Positions 1-10,970 of a stretch of DNA of 64,000 nt are shown piece by piece (the first letter of the stretch is position 1; every line of letters starts with the position of its first letter). The notes under the pieces are model-generated. The model saw only the letters and a program-made list of their open reading frames with translations, searched no databases and was not told the DNA's origin. The translations under genes were made by a program, and so were the position numbers. The stretch comes from Mobula hypostoma (lineage: Eukaryota), in the NCBI RefSeq assembly GCF_963921235.1, contig NC_086108.1:99016001-99080000 (forward strand), read 5' to 3'.

Positions 1-775
1 AAAGAGTGCTTAAAAGTGGGTCTGTTTGTTGTAGATTCAGTTCAGGGTTGTGGTGAGTAAAGTTACTATGCTGGTTGAGGAACCTGATGGTTGTATGGTA
101 ATAACTCTTGCTACTAAGAATTAAAACTGGGCAAAACATATTTGTGAAGGAATGCATTAAATGTTTTCTCCGGTTAGGTGGGAGGAGCACATTTGATAAC
201 CCAGATGGAGCTTGTACTGATAACAAGAGAACAAAAATGCGATAGACAAATATACTATTGATAGAAATGAAATTTGCTCACACATACTTCTAACAGAAGT
301 CCCTCTAACCATGGTGAATTTTTTCTCTCCAAGGTCATTAAGATAAAGTATAGCTACTAATGTCAGCAGAGCGAAAATCATTAAACTTGCAACGTTCCCA
401 GTCTGTAGGTCTTAATATTACAATAAATAGTACAGTAGCAGTTTGAAAATGGCAACTCTAATTAAATGTCCACACACCAAGAGTGACGCTGTAACATGAA
501 AGATGCAATTAACATATCACTGTAATTATTTAAGAAATTTAATTTCTTTGTGACTTCTCTCCCACGGGCAGCAACAACTTTTCCAATTCTACTGTAAGAT
601 TCCCATTTTTCATATGTGGGCCTTGCCATTCCAATTTTGACCATCACCATTCTAACACTATTTTCATCCAATGTTCATGCAAAGTTTCCTGATGAGCTCC
701 CCGTCTCTTTTCGTACTTAAGCTGTCGCTTTGTGCAGGTCCATAAACTGGCCACTTGCTTCAGGTCACTACAGAT

Positions 776-1032
776 CAGGAGTTCCCAACCTTTTTTTATG
801 CCACGGACCCCTTTGGCAGTCTGGTGACCCCATCTCTGAATAAATATATAAAATACATAGGATTACAAAAGAAACCAATTATATTGAAATGCAGGTATCA
901 AAATATATAGGATAAAACAAAATTGTGATGTAGCAACATATGTAATTCTTAACTACCACATTAAATAACAAGATTTATGGACCCACTGGAATTTTTTCAC
1001 AGACCCCTGATGACCCAGGTTAAGGACCCGTG
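776..1032. mobile_element. hAT/Charlie-type MITE
   Basis: Ends CAGGAGTTCCCAACC...GGTTAAGGACCCGTG form imperfect TIRs; 8-bp flanks CTACAGAT/CTACAGCG (6/8). Confidence 0.7.
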
Positions 1033-1189
1033 CTACAGCGGAGCAAAAATTGGTTCTCTGCAAGTTTTTGATACTATTGAGCCTGATGGAGCTTATTGTA
1101 GGGAGATACAACAAATTAGAACTAGATTGTCAATTTCTTTTCAACTTCTCAGCAGATTCTTTTCAGATTTGACAGATAAAACAGGGACA

Positions 1190-2125
1190 TTTGAGAAACT
1201 TCAGGATAGGCACATGGCTGAAAGAAAAATGGAGGGCTACATAGGACGGAAGGTTTAGATTGATTTTAGAGTAAGTTATAATGATCATTGGTGAAAGGGC
1301 CTGTACTGTGCTGTAGTGTTCTATATTCTATGAATATAAAAGCAAGGATGTAATGTTGAGACTTTATAAGGAGATCCATGAAAGTGATTCTGGTATAGAA
1401 AGGCTTATCATATGAGGAGCGTTTGATATGGCTCTGGGCCTGCATTCACTAGAATTCAGAAGAATCTCATTGAAACCTATTGAATGTTGAAAGACCTCTA
1501 CAGAGTGGATGTGGAGAGGATGTTTCCTATAGTCTAGGGCCAGAGGGCACAGTCTCAGAATAGAAGGACATCCATTTAGAACAGAGATGAGGAGGAATTT
1601 CTTTCATCACAGGGTGGTGAAAATGTTGAATGAGGGGGTGAATGCGTTGAAACTACCCAATGTTGAAAGGCCTTGATGCAGTGCATGTGGAAAGGATGTT
1701 TCCTATGGTGGGGCAGTCTAAGACCAGAGGACACAGCCTCAGAGTTGAGGGGTGTCCTTTTAGAATGGAGAAGAAGAGGAATTTCTTCTTCTTGGATACA
1801 AATAGGGTCTTTGAAGAGACTCCTGGATAGATACATGGAGCTTAGAAAAATAGAGGGCTATGGGTAACATGAGGTAATTTGTAAAGTAAGTACATGTTCG
1901 GTAGAATTCGTGGCCACTTGAAGCTTTGGAGGCCAAGTCATTGGGTATATTTAAGGCAGAGGTTGATAGATTCTTGATTAGTCAGGGCATGAAGGGATAC
2001 GGGGAGAAGGCAGGAGACTGGGTTTGAGAGGGTAATGGATCAGCCATGATGAAATGACGGAGCAGACTTGATGGACGAAATGGCCTAATTCTGCTCCTAT
2101 ATCTTACGGTTTAACGTTCTATGTT
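1190..2125 (+). mobile_element. Mosaic of nested CR1 LINE 3' fragments
   Basis: CR1 ORF2 C-terminal motifs (GSLKRLLDRYMELRKIEGYG) and CR1 3' UTR/tail (GGCCTAATTCTGCTCCTAT; TTCTATG repeats). Confidence 0.85.
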
Positions 2126-2984
2126 CTTAGCAGTGATCTCCAAATAATTTAATCCTGCAACACCCTTTAATGTGGCTTTGAAGACAGCAGTAACACAATC
2201 ATTTAAGTTGAACAGAATTTCAAGTGGTTGTAAATTGCATAGCAAGGCAAACAATGTTAAATGCTTTCATAATTTCTGTTTAATAATCTCTGCTTAATAT
2301 TCTAAAACAATTGATCTAGCTCTAGGTGCTGACTCCTGGTTTTATTAGTGTGCGCCTGTATGAGACTGGGGCTCTGCACGTGGTATGTAAAATGCAAAAA
2401 GTTGTGCACACCGGTCCTTATGTCCTCGTACCCCTATTTCTACAACTTTATTAGTGTAATTTTCTATTTGTTGCTCCTTCACAGTTTTATCCTCTTAAAT
2501 GGCCTTTAAGTAACATTTACTGTAAAGGAACAGGAGATTTAAGCCATTATAGATGTGCACAATGCTAGGTCTAACTCCCCCGGGAGTCTTTCAGTTTTGT
2601 TGTTTGTGAACAGGTCAGCCAGAGGGGAAAGCACGTATCAATGAGTTGTACATGCAAAGCCACATCCTCAACATTATGCAAACTAAGTGCTGACATTTTT
2701 GTTGAAAAGGGGGCCCAGAGAATACATAGGCCAGCAAACTCTACATCTTTTGCAGCATTCAAGGGTGGCAATTGTGGCAGAAATGGCCGTGCCAGGGCTG
2801 CTGAGTCACAGCGGGCAACGTTCTACATGGAACTGACAATCAAAGCCGAAACAAAGGTACAACAAGCTGGAAGGCTGACCCCCACTCCACACGCACACTC
2901 AGGTGGTTGTGCAAGTGTGGAATGAGCTGCTAACAGAGGTGGTAAATGTGGGTTCAATTGTACCCCTTGGGAAAAGTGTGAGCG

Positions 2985-3186
2985 GGCACAACAGTGCAGT
3001 GGTTAGCATGATTCTATTACAGCGCCAGCGACTCAGGCTCAGTACGTTCTCCTCATGACTGCTGGGCTTCCACCCACCTTCCAAAGATGTGCAGGTTAGT
3101 AGTTTAAATGGTCACATGGGTGTAACTGCATGGCGCAGGCTCGCTGGGCCAGAAGGACCTGTTACCGTGCCGTATCTCTGAATAAA
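2985..3186 (+). mobile_element. HE1/V-SINE-like tRNA-derived SINE
   Basis: Head GTGGTTAGCATGATTCTATTACAGCGCC, central TCCAAAGATGTGCAGGTTAG, CR1-like tail GGGCCAGAAGGACCTGTTACCGTG. Confidence 0.65.
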
Positions 3187-3444
3187 AGTAATCATTAAAA
3201 ATATTTTGGATAGGTACATGGATGGGAGGGGTTTGGAGGGATATGGTCCAGGTACAAGTAGATGGGACCAGGCAGAAGGTTAGGTCAGCATGGACTAGAT
3301 GGGCTGAAGGGCCTGTTTCTATAGTCTATAACTCAATAACTGTTATGACAAAGTGGGGGTTTGGGAATGAATTTTAAGCAGCATATTTTCAGCAGAACCA
3401 AAGTGAAAATTAATTTTTCACTGCTGTGAATCAAAATTCAAAGT

Positions 3445-3665
3445 TCAAAGGTCAACATAAACTTATTATCAAAGTACTTACAGTATATGTCACCATATGC
3501 TACCCTGAGATTCATTTTCTTGTGGACATTCACAGTAGAACAAGGAAGTACAGTAAAATCAATGAAAGACTACACTCAAAGACTGACAAAAAAAATGTGC
3601 AAAAAGACAAACAGCAAACAGTGCAAATACAAATTAACAGTAAGTAAATGAGTAATACCGAGACA
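3445..3665 (-). mobile_element. Rex1/Babar-type LINE 3' UTR fragment
   Basis: TTCAAAGTTCAAAG tail complement and TCACCATATGCTACCCTGAGATTCATTTTCTTG motif shared with the ORF-bearing Rex1 copies in this window. Confidence 0.65.
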
Positions 3666-4366
3666 CAGTACAATAATACAAGAATGTTTGTTTATATGAA
3701 CTAGCTCATTTAAGATATGCATTCTACCTACTCGATGACATGCAAATAGCAACCTATCCAATGTGGTTGAGAGAAATTCAATTCTAAAAGTAATTTGTTT
3801 CAGAGCCTCTTTAAAGGACTTGAAGGATGACATTCTGCGCCTGTCAGATGCATAAAGCTGATGAGAAGCTCAATGATAGTGAGTAAGAATTGGACTTTGT
3901 TTCAAGGATCTGTTTTATAATGAAAGTTAAAGCAACAAAAGAGACTTTGTCTTTCTGATATTCTGAGGAGAATGTAATGACTTTCAATCTACTGCCTGCA
4001 CAGAGTATATTGTCCTTCTTCCTATTTAATATTCAATAAACACAGAACTTGTTTATAGTCTGAAAACAGTTGTTGAAAAGGCATGAAGTTGGTTCAGTTA
4101 GCCTGTCTACTGGAGGGCCGAGCCACCCAGGCCAACAACGCCCTCTGTATTCCGTCATTGCTTTCTGGATTTAGTGAGTTGTTTCCAGAATGTTAAACAT
4201 GGTACATTGTTCAAGTACCAGGCAAAATTTGCACATTGGTACCGTATCAGAGCTTAGACTCAACATATTTTACACTAGAGGAAAAATTGTTTAAATTGTT
4301 CACTGGTATCAATAAAATGATTAGCTGCAGTTACTGTGGTCATTCAGCAGTTTAGGCAGCATGGAG

Positions 4367-4446
4367 CAGGGGTTCCCAACCTTGGGTTTGCAGACCTTTT
4401 GCTTAATGGTGTTGGTCCACGGCATAAAAGAGGTTGGGAACCTCTG
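4367..4446. mobile_element. 80-bp hAT MITE
   Basis: CAGGGGTTCCCAACC...GGTTGGGAACCTCTG inverted ends; same size and ends as 19470-19549. Confidence 0.7.
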
Positions 4447-4449
4447 ATC

Positions 4450-5530
4450 TGTGGAGAGGGATAAACAGTCGATGTTTCAGGCCAAAACCCTTCATCAGGA
4501 ATCGATGAAGGATCTTGGCCAAAACATTAATTGTTTATTCCTCTCCATAGATGCTTCTGACCTGCTGGAGTTCATCCAGCACTTCATGTGTATCGTTCTG
4601 GATTTCCAGTATCTGCAGAACTTCTTGTGTTTCTATAGAGTCATATATTTTAATATTAAAGTAACAGGTGAACTGGAAGTCTGGGAGCAGGTTAGTGGAC
4701 AGAATGCTTAGATTAATGGATGGAATGGATGTTTCTGCAAGTTCTCCATCTCACTCTCACTTTCGCTTCTTTGTCTTTGGTAACCTGTTTGAATGAAGCC
4801 AATCTTCAGCTCAAAGAACAGCGTCTCATCTTCTACCTAAGCATGCTGCAGCTGCACAGACACAATTTCAGAGAACCAGCCTTACCTGTTTGTGTCCGAG
4901 CTATTGGACTCTGATGTAAGAACATCCATTTGTAACATTAATCTGTTTTTTCTCTTTCTCCACAGTCGCTGCCTGACCTGTTGGGTATTTCCAGTATTCC
5001 CTTCTATTTCAGATATCCGGCAACTACTGCACTCTGCAGCTGACAGTTCTAACTCGCTATTTGTTCTTTCTCTCTTCTCTCTCTAACAGTTGATTCTGTT
5101 AGCAACACATATAAAAATTGCTGGTGAACGCAGCAGGCCAGGCAGCATCTGTAGGAAGAGGTACAGTTGACGTTTCAGGCCGACGCCCTTCCTTCAGTTA
5201 GTCCTGACGAAGGGTCTCGGCCCGAAATGTTGACTGTACCTCTTCCTATAGATGCTGCCTGGCCTGCTGCGTTCACCAGCAATTTTTATGTGTGTTGCTT
5301 GAAATTCCAGCATCTGCAGATTTCCTCGTGTTTGTGATTCTATTAATAACTGGTTTTTGGACAATCTTGATCAAACTATGCCAGACATTTCTCAGTTCTC
5401 TGCATCCCTCCCCTCCCCACCTTACTTGTACTCTAATTTTTTTCCCAGTTCTTATAGAGGCTATTTGACTGAAAGCGTTGACTCTATTTCTCTCTCCACA
5501 GATGCTGTCTGACCTGCTGAGTCTTTCTGC
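4450..5530. mobile_element. Old, degenerate Penelope-like remnants (host to younger insertions)
   Basis: Decayed fold-back at 4450-4632; GIY-YIG C-terminal remnant NEANLQLKEQRLIFYLSMLQ at ~4790-4850; GATGCTGTCTGACCTGCTGAG 3' motifs. Confidence 0.65.
5101..5334 (+). mobile_element. Penelope-like fold-back insertion (copy 1)
   Basis: Inverted pair of 3' ends; flanks TGATTCTGTTA (5091-5101) / TGATTCTATTA (5335-5345); hammerhead motif 5200-5235. Confidence 0.85.
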
Positions 5531-5535
5531 CCTGT

Positions 5536-5825
5536 AACACACATCAAAGTTGCTGGTGAACGCAGCAGGCCAGGCAGCATCTCTAGGAAGAGGTGCAGTC
5601 GACGTTTTAGGCCGAGACCCTTCGTCAGGACTAACTGAAGGAAGAGTGAGTAAGGGATTTGAATTTCCAGCATCTGCAGAATTCCTGTTTTTGAATTCCC
5701 AGCATCTGCAGAATTCCTGCTGACTGCACCTCTTCCTACAGATGCTGCCTGGCCTGCTGCGTTCACCAGCAACTTTGATGTGTGTTGCTTGAATTTCCAG
5801 CATCTGCAGAATTCCTGTTGTTTGC
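5536..5825 (+). mobile_element. Penelope-like fold-back insertion (copy 2) with two extra internal 3'-tail units
   Basis: TSD CTTTCTGCCCTGT (5523-5535 / 5825-5837); inverted arm, two tail units at 5659-5721, then sense arm. Confidence 0.85.
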
Positions 5826-5983
5826 TTTCTGCCCTGTTCTATCTTTGTTCTGGTCACTTTGAACTTCTGCAAGTCAGCACCTAATCAAAACCTGATCAGA
5901 ACCTTTATGAAACACCTGGAAATCCAAATATACAACATCCTCAATTCACTGTCCTCAAAGAACTTTCATGTGAATAGAGTCTA

Positions 5984-6360
5984 CAAAGGTTTCAAAGGTA
6001 CATGTAATGTCAGAGAAATGTATACAATATACATCCTGAAATGCTTTTTCTTCACAACCATCCATGAGAAACAGAGGAGAGCCCCAAAGAATGAATGACA
6101 GTTAAATATTAGAACCCCAAAGTCCCCCCAGTTCCCCTCCCTCCTGCGCATAAGCGTCAGCAAGCAACGATCCCTCTCCCCCCACTAGCAAAAAAAAAGC
6201 ATCAGCATCCCCTACAGAGCACTCAAACGTGCAGCAAAAGCAACAGAAAAGACACAGACTTACAGTACTCCAAAGACTTTGCATTCACCCGGTATTCAAC
6301 ATACCACAGGCTCTCCCTCTCTCTCCCTCATAAGGGAGAAAGAGATGCCTCCGTTTCACA
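5984..6360 (-). mobile_element. Non-coding LINE-tailed repeat fragment
   Basis: Terminal CAAAGGTTTCAAAGG and TATACAATATACATCCTGAAAT resemble the Rex1-like tails seen elsewhere in the window; no coding signal. Confidence 0.45.
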
Positions 6361-6379
6361 AAGGAAAGGAAGTGTTGCA

Positions 6380-6608
6380 CTGCAGTGATGCAAGAAGTGT
6401 AGTCGCCAGTTTTTACAGAGCAAGATTCCAAGAACAAGCCATGTGATGACAGCCAAATGAACTGTTTTGCTGATGATCGCTTCAGGGTAGATATTGCCCA
6501 GAGGATCTCCTTTGCTTCTTTATTGAAGTTGTGAATTGAGATCTCCAGATCGACCAGACCAGACCTTGATCCAAAAGGCGGTGCACGGCTGGTCAGTCAG
6601 CCTAGATA
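6380..6608 (-). mobile_element. Degenerate DeuSINE (SacSINE1/AmnSINE-like) fragment
   Basis: Collinear with my recollection of the Deu-domain reverse complement: GCCAGTTTTTACAGAGCAAGATTCC...ATGTGATGACAGCCAAAT...GGGTAGATATTGCCCAG...GTCAGCCTAGAT. Confidence 0.5.
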
Positions 6609-6978
6609 TGAGAGAATGAGGGGAGATTTGATAGAGGTATACAAAATTATGAGGGTTATAGACAGGTTAAATGGAAGCAAGGCTTTTTCCACTGAGTTTA
6701 GCTGACACTGGAACTAGAAAGCACAGCTTAAGGGTAAAAGGTGAAATGTTTAAGGTGAACCTGAGGGGGAACTTCTTCACTCAGAGGGTGGTGAGGGTGT
6801 AGAATGGCTGCCAGTGGAAATGGTGGATAAGGGTTCGATTTCAGCATTTAAGAGAAATTTGGATAGGTACTTGGATAGGAGGGGTATGGAGGGCTATGAT
6901 CTGACTAGGCAGAATAATAGTTTAGCATGGACTAGATGGGCCAAAGGGCCTGTTTCTGTCCTCTATGACTATGACTCT
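6609..6978 (+). mobile_element. CR1 LINE 3' fragment
   Basis: RRMRGDLIEVYKIM coding remnant; SISAFKRNLDRYLD; GGGCCAAAGGGCCTGTTTCTGT...ATGACTATGACTCTAT tail. Confidence 0.85.
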
Positions 6979-7805
6979 ATACACATGTTTAAAGTCAGAG
7001 TCTGCAGCACCCCAGAAGAAGGGGATCCTCATGCCTCAATGTTTAATTGGCTGTATCTTACTGTTGGCTGCTGTGGAAGGAATGTGGATGGTGCTTTCCC
7101 TTCATACCTCCCAGAGTTATTGTCACACAGTACCACTGCACAGAAACAGGCCCTTCGGCCCATCTTGTCTGTGCCAAACTCTTATCCTGCCTAGTCCCAT
7201 CGACATGCACCTGGATCATAATCCTCCGTACCCCTCCCATCCACATCCCTATCCGAATTTCACATAAGTGTTGAAATCTGCACTGCTCTCTGCAGCTTCT
7301 TACTTTCCTGCGCATTCGAACTGCTGAATCTGACCATGATGCAACTAGTCTGGATACTTTCAGCAATACATCTGTAGAGGTTTGTTAGAATTCTGTTGAC
7401 AGGCGAACAGCACAAACCACCGTCGACGATACAGAGGGCGTTTTGACTTTCTTCTTCTTTCAGTGGTTTTTATTGCTGATCAGCACAGCCTGGTGGTGTA
7501 TTCACAGATGCTGACTATAGTACTGCTCCCTGCTCTACTGTAAAGGCCAGTTCGATCTTGTCTGCACAATCTATCAGAAGTCAATGTGATGTTAAATAGA
7601 AAACCATCATTCAGTGATAACAGAAACCAATGGATTTCCTGTGATAACCACTGTTCTTCTTTGGTGAACCAATTCATTCCGAGCAGACTGCTCGAGCAAA
7701 TCGAGCTGTCACGCACCTGCGGTTTCTTGCTTGTATTACTTTCCTTTGAAGTGGCAGCTGTGTGGGTTAGCGCTTCCGCCAGAGAACACTGTTTACTAGG
7801 AGATG

Positions 7806-7824
7806 GGGCGCCATCTAGTGGCAA
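7806..7824 (-). promoter_or_regulatory. CTCF-binding motif (candidate)
   Basis: Reverse complement TTGCCACTAGATGGCGCCC matches the CTCF core CCASYAGRKGGCRS; lies in non-repeat DNA with locally retained CpGs. Confidence 0.65.
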
Positions 7825-7989
7825 AGACCCTTGCATTTTGATTCACCAACATTGAGAGGCAATCTCAAATGACAATACTGATTTTGTTTTGATTTAATCT
7901 GACTAACCTAATCTGTTGCAATGATTAAATGGTCCACAGGGATTTTTCTTCCTGTGTATTGTTTACTACGCTGGAACTGGATAAGGTCT

Positions 7990-8460
7990 GGGGAGATAAA
8001 CTGGATAATGCTTGAACTCCCCTCATGAACTCTACATTTCATCAACATCGATTTCTCCAGCTTCCAGTAATTTTTCCTTTCCCCTTCCCTCTACTTAATT
8101 TCCGAACTCTGGTCTCTTTCCTCTTCTCTTCACCTACCTATCATCTCCCCTGGCGCCTCTCCTCCTTCCCTTCCTCCCATGATCCACTCTCCTCTCCTAT
8201 CAGATTCCTTCTAAAGCCCTTTGCATTTTCCACTTGTCACCTCTCTGCTCTTTACTTTATCTTGGCCTCACAGTCCATCTCGTTATGATTTTGCACTTTA
8301 TCGTTTACTTGCACTGCACTTTCTCTGCAGATTTTACTCTATTCTGCATTGTTATTGTTTTGAAGAAGGGATTAAGCCAAAAACGTTGACTGTTTATTCA
8401 TTTCCATAGATGCCGCCTGACCTGTTGAGTTCCTCCAGCATTCTGTGTGTGTTGCTTTGT
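7990..8460 (+). mobile_element. Old Penelope-like 3' remnant
   Basis: ATGAAC...AACATCGATTTCTCCAGCTTCCAGTAA ORF end, pyrimidine-rich 3' UTR, decayed hammerhead at ~8360-8392, GATGCCGCCTGACCTGTTGAGTTCCTCCAGCA. Confidence 0.65.
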
Positions 8461-8755
8461 TATTGCTTTACCTTATTCTGCCCCAATGCATGGTGTAATG
8501 AATTGATATCTATAAACAGTATGCATGACCATTGTTTGCAAAATGGATACAAGTATTTTAAAATTAATTTCCATGAGTAATAACTCTGTAGCTTGTCATA
8601 TTGATGAAATGAGTGGAGACGTTGAGTATGAACTATTCACAGAGCTACAAAAAACAGAATTTGGGATATAACTGGATAAGTCAACTGTGTGAGATAACGG
8701 GCCATTGCTAATCGCATATGTATGATTTATGAAAAATGGAACACTTTATAAAGAG

Positions 8756-9856
8756 TTGCTGGTGAACGCAGCAGGCCAGGCAGCATCTCTAGGAAGAGGT
8801 GCAGTCGACGTTTCGGGCCGAGACCCTTCGTCAGGACTAACTGAAGGAAGAGTGAGTAAGGGATTTGAAAGTTGGAGGGGGAGGGGGAGATCCAAAATGA
8901 TAGGAGAAGACAGGAGGGGGAGGGATGGAGCCAAGAGCTGGACAGGTGATAGGCAAAAGGGATACGAGAGGATCATGGGACAGGAGGTCCGGGAAGAAAG
9001 ACAAGGAGGTGGGGGGGGACCCAGAGGATGGGCAAGGGGTATATTCAGAGGGACAGAGGGAGAAAAAGGAGAGTGAGAGAAAGAATGTGTGTATAAAAAT
9101 AAGTAACAGATGGGGTTCGAGGGGCAGGGGGGGCATTAGCGGAAGTTAGAGAAGTCGATCTTCATGCCATCAGGTTGGAGGCTACCCAGACGGAATATAA
9201 GGTGTTGTTCCTCCAACCTGAGTGTGGCTTCATCTTTACAGTAGAGGAGGCCGTCGATAGACATGTCAGAATGGGAACGGGATGTGGAGTTAAAATGTGT
9301 GGCCACTGGGAGATCCTGCTTTCTCTGGCGGACAGAGCGTAGATGTTCAGCAAAGCGGTAGATGAAATCTGGGTAGCCTCCAACCTGATGGCATGAACAT
9401 CGACTTCTCTAACTTGCGCTAATGCCCCACCTCCCCCTCGTACCCCATCTGTTACTTATTTTTATACACACATTCTTTCTCTCACTCTCCTTTTTCTCCC
9501 TCTGTCCCTCTGAATATACCCCTTGCCCATCCTCTGGGTCCCCCCCCCACCTCCTTGTCTTTCTTCCCGGACCTCCTGCCCCATGATCCTCTCGTATCCC
9601 TTTTGCCTATCACCTGTCCAGCTCTTGGCTCCATCCCTCCCCCTCCTGTCTACTCCTATCATTTTGGATCTCCCCCTCCCCCTCCAACTTTCAAATCCCT
9701 TACTCACTCTTCCTTCAGTTAGTCCTGACGAAGGGTCTCAGCCTGAAACGTCGACTGCATCTCTTCCTAGAGATGCTGCCTGGCCTGCTGCGTTCACCAG
9801 CAACTTTTATGTGTGTTGCTTGAATTTCGAGCATCTGCAGAATTCCTGTTGTTTGC
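8756..9856 (+). mobile_element. Penelope-like fold-back insertion (copy 3, 1.1 kb)
   Basis: 8755-9190 is the reverse complement of 9368-9804; minus arm encodes GIY-YIG C-terminus RFAEHLRSV...VATHFN...RLEEQHLIFRLGSLQPDG; flanking duplication CACTTTATAAAGAGTT (8742-8757 / 9856-9871). Confidence 0.9.
8803..8838 (-). ncRNA. Minimal type-I hammerhead ribozyme motif (best copy)
   Basis: AGUC-CUGACGA-A-GGGU(CUCG)GCCC-GAAA-C-GUC-GACU: helix I AGUC/GACU, core CUGAnGA, helix II, GAAA, palindromic minimal helix III, GUC triplet. Variants at 5200, 5597(-), 9721, 11063, 25795, 27697, 60860, 62032(-), 62886. Confidence 0.8.
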
Positions 9857-10970
9857 ACTTTATAAAGAGTTTCTTTTGTAAAAAGTTAAAAACAAATATC
9901 AACAGAGAATCAATCTTCGACGGGCTCAAAATGTATATTGAGGATAAAAGTATTTTGATTAGGAACATGATTTATTGTGCGACAGATGGGGCACCATATA
10001 TGGCAGGTTGCCATGCTGGTTTACTGGCATTTATGAAAAAAAAATTTCAAATCTGTTTGCAATCCATTGTATAATTCATTGCCAACATCTTGCAGCCAAA
10101 ACCTCAGTCAGCGACTTTTTTCCAGCATGACTCCTGTAATATCTGCTATCAACAAAATTAAAGCTCATCCATTAAATGGCAGCATCCACTTTTATCAGAA
10201 AATTGGAAATATATAAGTAAAATTGGTAGGAGAATTTTCTCACAGTTTCCCCACATGGAAAGTATGTCACTCTTTCACAGACAGTGATTTGCAAGAGTAC
10301 TGCTTACACCTGCAGTCACTGAAGAAGGATTTTCAGAATCGATTCAAGGATTTGAACGATCTGGAAATTTTGGACTGAGTAATCAAATCCATTTTTTTTG
10401 CAAGGTGGAAAACAGAAAGAGAGTTTGCAAGAAGAAATGATTGGAATTCAGAATGATGAAGAAGCAAAAATGCTTTTCAAAAATGTGGGCTTATGTGGTA
10501 TGTGGCTACACTATTATATGAAGTTTCCTGGACTTTGGAGAAGAGCCAAATTGCTCTTCATTTCATTCCCATGCACCAACCTTGTTGAAAGAGGTTTCAC
10601 AAAAAGATAGAAACCGCTTAGATATTGTGGGGACTTCAGGCTTTTGCTGCCACAACTTGAACCAGATATTTCAATTCTTGCTAAAATCATCAAGCTCAAG
10701 GATCACATTGATATTGAAGCTGCTGTACCGTGCACAGGTACTGTGTAAGCCAGGTTTAAAAACAAATAAAAATTTAAAGCAGAATCATTCTTCTCATGTT
10801 AGCTAATGGTAGAGTTGTTTTTGCACTGTGGGGGTGCTGGAAAGTATACTGTGCCTAAGAGGGGTATTGGCAAGTATGAAGGTGCTTTAGGTGGGTGTTG
10901 ACAAGTATAAAAAATCTTTAGGGGGACATTGGGTTAAAAAAGGTTGGAAAAACACTAGGGTAGAGTTACT

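Larger units (their letters stand above)
8525..10957 (+). pseudogene. Decayed hAT (Buster/Charlie; ZBED8/SCAND3-like) transposase with right TIR, interrupted by a Penelope-like insertion
   Basis: Translates to SNNSVACHIDEMS..FGI*LDKST..LIAYV, YCATDGAPYMAG, AIHCIIHCQHLAAK, FPCTNLVERGF; stops and frameshifts; three ~30-bp subterminal repeats at 10830-10925; TIR AAAAAGGTTGGAAAAACACTA. Confidence 0.85.

Noticed and set aside
5659..5721. CRISPR-like repeat array
   Set aside because: Eukaryotic context, no spacers; the units are Penelope-like tails.
5273..5872. Recurrent peptides such as MLVNAAGQAASLGRG and PLPRDAAWPAAFTSNF as a gene family
   Set aside because: They are translations of the non-coding Penelope-like terminal repeat in several frames.
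9523..10074. 183-aa ORF as a fusion protein
   Set aside because: Chance read-through from Penelope-like UTR into the hAT transposase remnant.
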